From: Auanema rhodensis
Lineage: Eukaryota > Animalia > Nematoda
DNA length: 64,000 nt
Direction of reading: 5' to 3'
Assembly: GCA_964057225.1 (NCBI GenBank)
Contig: OZ059894.1
Coordinates: 2,976,001-3,040,000, forward strand
Shown: piece by piece, positions 55,301-64,000 of the stretch
How positions within the stretch are numbered: position 1 is the stretch's first letter
How the letters are laid out: every line of letters starts with the position of its first letter
Translations under genes and position numbers: made by a program
The notes under the pieces: generated by a model
Seen by the model: only the letters and a program-made list of their open reading frames with translations
What the model was told of the DNA's origin: nothing
The model's database searches: none

Positions 55301-58300
55301 TGCGTCGATCTGTGTTATCCGATTTGCGCTAGCTGAAAAATGCACCGAGATATCAACTGATATAAGTTCACACTTATATCCTCGATTTTCACCCTGAAGA
55401 ATTAATTTTTTCGTTGAATAACATTGTCCATCGTCTTTGCCTTGAAAAAAAGAATCTAAAAACATCTACTTTTTGCTAAATTATTTTGAAATTTTTCGAA
55501 AAAATTTTTGTCAAAATGTTTTTGGAAGCAATGTTGAGTGTACATGAAAACTCAACATACACTAATGCATCATTTTTCAAACGATCATAACTAATTTTTG
55601 TATTAAGCGTTTTTCAATGTAGTATAGTGCATTCGATGCGGATTTTCAAGCTGCGTCGATCTGTGTTATCAGATTTGCGCTAGCTTAAAAATGCACCGAT
55701 ATATCAACTGATAAATGTTCACACTTATATCCTCGATTTTCACCCTGAAGAATTAATTTTTTCGATGAATAACATTGTCCATCGTCTTTGCCTTGAAAAA
55801 AGGAATCTAAAAACATCTACTTTTCGCTAAATTATTTTGAAATTTTTCGAAAAAATTTTTGTCAAAATGTTTTTGGAAGCAATGTTGAGTGTACATGGAA
55901 ACTCAACATACACTAATGCATCATTTTTCAAACAATCATAACTAATTATTGTATTAAGCGTTTTTCAATGTAGTATAGTGCATTCGATGCGGATTTTTAA
56001 GCTGCGTCGATCTGTGTTATCCGATTTGCGCTAGCTGAAAAATGCACCGAGATATCAACTGATATAAGTTCACACTTATATCCTCGATTTTCACCCTGAA
56101 GAATTAATTTTTTCGTTGAATAACATTGTCCATCGTCTTTGCCTTGAAAAAAAGAATCTAAAAACATCTACTTTTTGCTAAATTATTTTGAAATTTTTCG
56201 AAAAAATTTTTGTCAAAATGTTTTTGGAAGCAATGTTGAGTGTACATGGAAACTCAACATACACTAATGCATCATTTTTCAAACGATCATAACTAATTTT
56301 TGTATTAAGCGTTTTTCAATGTAGTATAGTGCATTCGATGCGGATTTTCAAGCTGCGTCGATCTGTGTTATCAGATTTGCGCTAGCTTAAAAATGCACCG
56401 ATATATCAACTGATAAATGTTCACACTTATATCCTCGATTTTCACCCTGAAGAATTAATTTTTTCGATGAATAACATTGTCCATCGTCTTTGCCTTGAAA
56501 AAAGGAATCTAAAAACATCTACTTTTCGCTAAATTATTTTGAAATTTTTCGAAAAAATTTTTGTCAAAATGTTTTTGGAAGCAATGTTGAGTGTACATGG
56601 AAACTCAACATACACTAATGCATCATTTTTCAAACAATCATAACTAATTATTGTATTAAGCGTTTTTCAATGTAGTATAGTGCATTCGATGCGGATTTTT
56701 AAGCTGCGTCGATCTGTGTTATCAGATTTGCGCTAGCTTAAAAATGCACCGAGATATCAACTGATATAAGTTCACACTTATATCCTCGATTTTCACCCTG
56801 AAGAATTAATTTTTTCGTTGAATAACATTGTCCATCGTCTTTGCCTTGAAAAAAGGAATCTAAAAACATCTACTTTTCGCTAAATTATTTTGAAATTTTT
56901 CGAAAAAATTTTTGTCAAAATGTTTTTGGAAGCAATGTTGAGTGTACATGGAAACTCAACATACACTAATGCATCATTTTTCAAACGATCATAACTAATT
57001 TTTGTATTGAGCGTTTTTCAATGTAGTATAGTGCATTCGATGCGGATTTTCAAGCTGCGTCGATCTGTGTTATCAGATTTGCGCTAGCTTAAAAATGCAT
57101 CGATATATCAACTGATAAAAGTTCACACTTATATCCTCGATTTTCACCCTGAAGAATTAATTTTTTCGATGAATAACATTGTCCATCGTCTTTGCCTTGA
57201 AAAAAGGAATCTAAAAACATCTACTTTTCGCTGAATTATTTCGAAATTTTTCGAAAAAATTTTTGTCAAAATGTTTTTGGAAGCAATGTTGAGTGTACAT
57301 GGAAACTCAACATACACTAATGCATCATTTTTCAAACAATCAAAACTAATTATTGTATTAAGCGTTTTTCAATGTAGTATAGTGCATTCGATGCGGATTT
57401 TTAAGCTGCGTCGATCTGTGTTATCCGATTTGCGCTAGCTGAAAAATGCACCGAGATATCAACTGATATAAGTTCACACTTATATCCTCGATTTTCACCC
57501 TGAAGAATTAATTTTTTCGTTGAATAACATTGTCCATCGTCTTTGCCTTGAAAAAAAGAATCTAAAAACATCTACTTTTTGCTAAATTATTTTGAAATTT
57601 TTCGAAAAAATTTTTGTCAAAATGTTTTTGGAAGCAATGTTGAGTGTACATGAAAACTCAACATACACTAATGCATCATTTTTCAAACGATCATAACTAA
57701 TTTTTGTATTAAGCGTTTTTCAATGTAGTATAGTGCATTCGATGCGGATTTTCAAGCTGCGTCGATCTGTGTTATCAGATTTGCGCTAGCTTAAAAATGC
57801 ACCGATATATCAACTGATAAATGTTCACACTTATATCCTCGATTTTCACCCTGAAGAATTAATTTTTTCGATGAATAACATTGTCCATCGTCTTTGCCTT
57901 GAAAAAAGGAATCTAAAAACATCTACTTTTCGCTAAATTATTTTGAAATTTTTCGAAAAAATTTTTGTCAAAATGTTTTTGGAAGCAATGTTGAGTGTAC
58001 ATGGAAACTCAACATACACTAATGCATCATTTTTCAAACAATCATAACTAATTATTGTATTAAGCGTTTTTCAATGTAGTATAGTGCATTCGATGCGGAT
58101 TTTTAAGCTGCGTCGATCTGTGTTATCCGATTTGCGCTAGCTGAAAAATGCACCGAGATATCAACTGATATAAGTTCACACTTATATCCTCGATTTTCAC
58201 CCTGAAGAATTAATTTTTTCGTTGAATAACATTGTCCATCGTCTTTGCCTTGAAAAAAAGAATCTAAAAACATCTACTTTTTGCTAAATTATTTTGAAAT

Positions 58301-61300
58301 TTTTCGAAAAAATTTTTGTCAAAATGTTTTTGGAAGCAATGTTGAGTGTACATGGAAACTCAACATACACTAATGCATCATTTTTCAAACGATCATAACT
58401 AATTTTTGTATTAAGCGTTTTTCAATGTAGTATAGTGCATTCGATGCGGATTTTCAAGCTGCGTCGATCTGTGTTATCAGATTTGCGCTAGCTTAAAAAT
58501 GCACCGATATATCAACTGATAAATGTTCACACTTATATCCTCGATTTTCACCCTGAAGAATTAATTTTTTCGATGAATAACATTGTCCATCGTCTTTGCC
58601 TTGAAAAAAGGAATCTAAAAACATCTACTTTTCGCTAAATTATTTTGAAATTTTTCGAAAAAATTTTTGTCAAAATGTTTTTGGAAGCAATGTTGAGTGT
58701 ACATGGAAACTCAACATACACTAATGCATCATTTTTCAAACAATCATAACTAATTATTGTATTAAGCGTTTTTCAATGTAGTATAGTGCATTCGATGCGG
58801 ATTTTTAAGCTGCGTCGATCTGTGTTATCAGATTTGCGCTAGCTTAAAAATGCACCGAGATATCAACTGATATAAGTTCACACTTATATCCTCGATTTTC
58901 ACCCTGAAGAATTAATTTTTTCGTTGAATAACATTGTCCATCGTCTTTGCCTTGAAAAAAGGAATCTAAAAACATCTACTTTTCGCTAAATTATTTTGAA
59001 ATTTTTCGAAAAAATTTTTGTCAAAATGTTTTTGGAAGCAATGTTGAGTGTACATGGAAACTCAACATACACTAATGCATCATTTTTCAAACGATCATAA
59101 CTAATTTTTGTATTGAGCGTTTTTCAATGTAGTATAGTGCATTCGATGCGGATTTTCAAGCTGCGTCGATCTGTGTTATCAGATTTGCGCTAGCTTAAAA
59201 ATGCATCGATATATCAACTGATAAAAGTTCACACTTATATCCTCGATTTTCACCCTGAAGAATTAATTTTTTCGATGAATAACATTGTCCATCGTCTTTG
59301 CCTTGAAAAAAGGAATCTAAAAACATCTACTTTTCGCTGAATTATTTCGAAATTTTTCGAAAAAATTTTTGTCAAAATGTTTTTGGAAGCAATGTTGAGT
59401 GTACATGGAAACTCAACATACACTAATGCATCATTTTTCAAACAATCAAAACTAATTATTGTATTAAGCGTTTTTCAATGTAGTATAGTGCATTCGATGC
59501 GGATTTTTAAGCTGCGTCGATCTGTGTTATCCGATTTGCGCTAGCTTAAAAATGCACCGAGATATCAACTGATATAAGTTCACACATATATCCTCGATTT
59601 TCACCCTGAAGAATTAATTTTTTCGTTGAATAACATTGTCCATCGTCTTTGCCTTGAAAAAAGGAAACTAAAAACATCTACTTTTCGCTAAATTATCTTG
59701 AAATTTTTCGAAAAAATTTTTGTCAAAATGTTTTTGGAAGCAATGTTGAGTGTACATGGAAACTCAACATACACTAATGCATCATTTTTCAAACAATCAT
59801 AACTAATTATTGTATTAAGCGTTTTTCAATGTAGTATAGTGCATTCGATGCGGATTTTTAAGCTGCGTCGATCTGTGTTATCAGATTTGCGCTAGCTTAA
59901 AAATGCACCGATATATCAACTGATAAATGTTCACACTTATATCCTCGATTTTCACCCTGAAGAATTAATTTTTTCGATGAATAACATTGTCCATCGTCTT
60001 TGCCTTGAAAAAAGGAATCTAAAAACATCTACTTTTCGCTAAATTATTTTGAAATTTTTCGAAAAAATTTTTGTCAAAATGTTTTTGGAAGCAATGTTGA
60101 GTGTACATGGAAACTCAACATACACTAATGCATCATTTTTCAAACAATCATAACTAATTATTGTATTAAGCGTTTTTCAATGTAGTATAGTGCATTCGAT
60201 GCGGATTTTTAAGCTGCGTCGATCTGTGTTATCCGATTTGCGCTAGCTGAAAAATGCACCGAGATATCAACTGATATAAGTTCACACTTATATCCTCGAT
60301 TTTCACCCTGAAGAATTAATTTTTTCGTTGAATAACATTGTCCATCGTCTTTGCCTTGAAAAAAAGAATCTAAAAACATCTACTTTTTGCTAAATTATTT
60401 TGAAATTTTTCGAAAAAATTTTTGTCAAAATGTTTTTGGAAGCAATGTTGAGTGTACATGGAAACTCAACATACACTAATGCATCATTTTTCAAACGATC
60501 ATAACTAATTTTTGTATTAAGCGTTTTTCAATGTAGTATAGTGCATTCGATGCGGATTTTTAAGCTGCGTCGATCTGTGTTATCCGATTTGCGCTAGCTG
60601 AAAAATGCACCGAGATATCAACTGATATAAGTTCACACTTATATCCTCGATTTTCACCCTGAAGAATTAATTTTTTCGTTGAATAACATTGTCCATCGTC
60701 TTTGCCTTGAAAAAAAGAATCTAAAAACATCTACTTTTTGCTAAATTATTTTGAAATTTTTCGAAAAAATTTTTGTCAAAATGTTTTTGGAAGCAATGTT
60801 GATTGTACATGGAAACTCAACATACACTAATGCATCATTTTTCAAACGATCATAACTAATTTTTGTATTGAGCGTTTTTCAATGTAGTATAGTGCATTCG
60901 ATGCGGATTTTTAAGCTGCGTCGAGCTGTGTTATCAGATTTGCGCTAGCTTAAAAATGCACCGAGATATCAACTGATATAAGTTCACACATATATCCTCG
61001 ATTTTCACCCTGAAGAATTAATTTTTTCGTTGAATAACATTGTCCATCGTCTTTGCCTTGAAAAAAGGAAACTAAAAACATCTACTTTTCGCTAAATTAT
61101 TTTGAAATTTTTCGAAAAAATTTTTGTCAAAATGTTTTTGGAAGCAATGTTGAGTGTACATGGAAACTCAACATACACTAATGCATCATTTTTCAAACAA
61201 TCATAACTAATTTTTGTATTAAGCGTTTTTCAATGTAGTATAGTGCATTCGATGCGGATTTTTAAGCTGCGTCGATCTGTGTTATCCGATTTGCGCTAGC

Positions 61301-64000
61301 TTAAAAATGCACCGAGATATCAACTGATATAAGTTCACACATATATCCTCGATTTTCACCCTGAAGAATTAATTTTTTCGTTTAATAACATTGTCCATCG
61401 TCTTTGCCTTGAAAAAAGGAAACTAAAAACATCTACTTTTCGCTAAATTATCTTGAAATTTTTCGAAAAAATTTTTGTCAAAATGTTTTTGGAAGCAATG
61501 TTGAGTGTACATGGAAACTCAACATACACTAATGCATCATTTTTCAAACAATCATAACTAATTATTGTATTAAGCGTTTTTCAATGTAGTATAGTGCATT
61601 CGATGCGGATTTTTAAGCTGCGTCGATCTGTGTTATCAGATTTGCGCTAGCTTAAAAATGCACCGAGATATCAACTGATATAAGTTCACACTTATATCCT
61701 CGATTTTCACCCTGAAGAATTAATTTTTTCGATGAATAACATTGTCCATCGTCTTTGCCTTGAAAAAAGGAATCTAAAAACATCTACTTTTCGCTGAATT
61801 ATTTTGAAATTTTTCGAAAAAATTTTTGTCAAAATGTTTTTGGAAGCAATGTTGAGTGTACATGGAAACTCAACATACACTAATGCATCATTTTTCAAAC
61901 AATCAAAACTAATTATTGTATTAAGCGTTTTTCAATGTAGTATAGTGCATTCGATGCGGATTTTTAAGCTGCGTCGATCTGTGTTATCCGATTTGCGCTA
62001 GCTGAAAAATGCACCGAGATATCAACTGATATAAGTTCACACTTATATCCTCGATTTTCACCCTGAAGAATTAATTTTTTCGTTGAATAACATTGTCCAT
62101 CGTCTTTGCCTTGAAAAAAAGAATCTAAAAACATCTACTTTTTGCTAAATTATTTTGAAATTTTTCGAAAAAATTTTTGTCAAAATGTTTTTGGAAGCAA
62201 TGTTGAGTGTACATGGAAACTCAACATACACTAATGCATCATTTTTCAAACAATCATAACTAATTATTGTATTAAGCGTTTTTCAATGTAGTATAGTGCA
62301 TTCGATGCGGATTTTTAAGCTGCGTCGATCTGTGTTATCCGATTTGCGCTAGCTGAAAAATGCACCGAGATATCAACTGATATAAGTTCACACTTATATC
62401 CTCGATTTTCACCCTGAAGAATTAATTTTTTCGTTGAATAACATTGTCCATCGTCTTTGCTTTGAAGAAAGGAATCTAAAAACATCTACTTTTTGCTAAA
62501 TTTTTCTGAAATTTTTCGAAAAAATTTTTGTCAAAATGTTTTTGGAAGCAATGTTGAGTGTACATGGAAACTCAACATACACTAATGCATCATTTTTCAA
62601 ACGATCATAACTAATTTTTGTATTAAGCGTTTTTCAATGTAGTATAGTGCATTCGATGCGGATTTTCAAGCTGCGTCGATCTGTGTTATCAGATTTGCGC
62701 TAGCTTAAAAATGCACCGATATATCAACTGATAAATGTTCACACTTATATCCTCGATTTTCACCCTGAAGAATTAATTTTTTCGATGAATAACATTGTCC
62801 ATCGTCTTTGCCTTGAAAAAAGGAATCTAAAAACATCTACTTTTCGCTAAATTATTTTGAAATTTTTCGAAAAAATTTTTGTCAAAATGTTTTTGGAAGC
62901 AATGTTGAGTGTACATGGAAACTCAACATACACTAATGCATCATTTTTCAAACAATCATAACTAATTATTGTATTAAGCGTTTTTCAATGTAGTATAGTG
63001 CATTCGATGCGGATTTTTAAGCTGCGTCGATCTGTGTTATCCGATTTGCGCTAGCTGAAAAATGCACCGAGATATCAACTGATATAAGTTCACACTTATA
63101 TCCTCGATTTTCACCCTGAAGAATTAATTTTTTCGTTGAATAACATTGTCCATCGTCTTTGCCTTGAAAAAAAGAATCTAAAAACATCTACTTTTTGCTA
63201 AATTATTTTGAAATTTTTCGAAAAAATTTTTGTCAAAATGTTTTTGGAAGCAATGTTGAGTGTACATGGAAACTCAACATACACTAATGCATCATTTTTC
63301 AAACGATCATAACTAATTTTTGTATTAAGCGTTTTTCAATGTAGTATAGTGCATTCGATGCGGATTTTCAAGCTGCGTCGATCTGTGTTATCAGATTTGC
63401 GCTAGCTTAAAAATGCACCGAGATATCAACTGATATAAGTTCACACTTATATCCTCGATTTTCACCCTGAAGAATTAATTTTTTCGTTGAATAACAATGT
63501 CCATCGTCTTTGCCTTGCAAAAAGAAATCTAAAAACATCTACTTTTTGCTAAATTATTTTGAAATTTTTCGAAAAAATTTTTGTCAAAATGTTTTTGGAA
63601 GCAATGTTGAGTGTACATGGAAACTCAACATACACTAATGCATCATTTTTCAAACGATCATAACTAATTTTTGTATAAAGCGTTTCCCAATGTAGTATAG
63701 TGCATTCGATGCGGATTTTTAAGCTGCATCGATCTGTGTTATCAGATTTGCGCTAGCTTAAAAATGCACCGAGATATCAACTGATATAAGTTCACACTTA
63801 TATCCTCGATTTTCACCCTGAAGAAATAATTTTTTCGTTGAATAACATTGTCCATCGTCTTTGCTTTGAAGAAAGGAATCTAAAAACATCTACTTTTTGC
63901 TAAATTTTTCTGAAATTTTTCGAAAAAATTTTTGTCAAAATGTTTTTGGAAGCAATGTTGAGTGTACATGGAAACTCAACATACACTAATGCATCATTTT
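46330..64000. repeat. Sub-domain with its own variant set, containing 11-mer, 5-mer and 6-mer repeats
   Basis: gttgaTtgt lies at 48167, 52028, 53783 and 60803 (spacings 11, 5 and 20 monomers). gcaTcgaTat lies at 49378, 54994, 57100 and 59206 (spacings 16, 6 and 6 monomers). Confidence 0.88.

Larger units (their letters stand above)
1..64000. repeat. Tandem satellite DNA array, 351-bp monomer, about 182.3 copies, single orientation
   Basis: The anchor ctaaaaacatctactttt recurs at 701, 1052, 1403 and every 351 bp to 21059, then at 21409+351k up to 63880. The first two units (1, 351) begin caaaaacctc and are 350 bp. No non-repeat sequence was seen, and the array runs off both window ends. Confidence 0.99.

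Noticed and set aside
39594-61898. Six 63-aa minus-strand ORFs (MKNDALVYVEF...)
   Set aside because: They appear only in monomers where the cgctGaatt variant removes a stop codon. They start at TTG, show no recognisable domain, and simply track the repeat period.
43201-62001. Three 65-aa plus-strand ORFs (MKFFEKIFVK...)
   Set aside because: They arise from single changes of the TAA in tcataact (to tcatcact or tcaaaact). The F/K/I-rich composition reflects A/T tracts, and the frame is closed in nearly all other monomers.
1-64000. CRISPR array or repeat-spacer / cassette system
   Set aside because: There are palindromic motifs at fixed spacing, but the sequence between them is as conserved as the motifs. 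There are no unique spacers and no cas, integrase or reverse transcriptase genes.
1-64000. Assignment to a named satellite (Drosophila 359-bp, Tribolium TCAST, maize TR-1)
   Set aside because: Only the monomer length is similar; I cannot confirm sequence identity without a database search.

Overview
The whole 64 kb window is one uninterrupted head-to-tail tandem satellite array, with no inversion, insertion or unique sequence. The monomer is 351 bp and about 31% GC by hand count. There are 182 full monomers plus a 121-bp partial one; only three monomers (starting at 1, 351 and 21059) are 350 bp. Monomers differ by a few point variants, and these define three successive sub-domains (about 2.4-32.6 kb, 32.6-46.3 kb and 46.3-64 kb). 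Within them are local higher-order repeats and block duplications with periods of 2, 3, 5, 6, 7, 8, 11 and 12 monomers. Each monomer is rich in A/T tracts and carries at least four dyad symmetries, including a 67-bp imperfect hairpin whose variants fall at paired positions. This looks like eukaryotic (peri)centromeric or heterochromatic satellite DNA, probably from an invertebrate, but I cannot name the family or species. I find no credible genes, RNA genes or CRISPR array: the listed ORFs are chance read-throughs where a monomer variant removes a stop codon. I cannot support a new gene system here; the interest lies in the array's structure and history.
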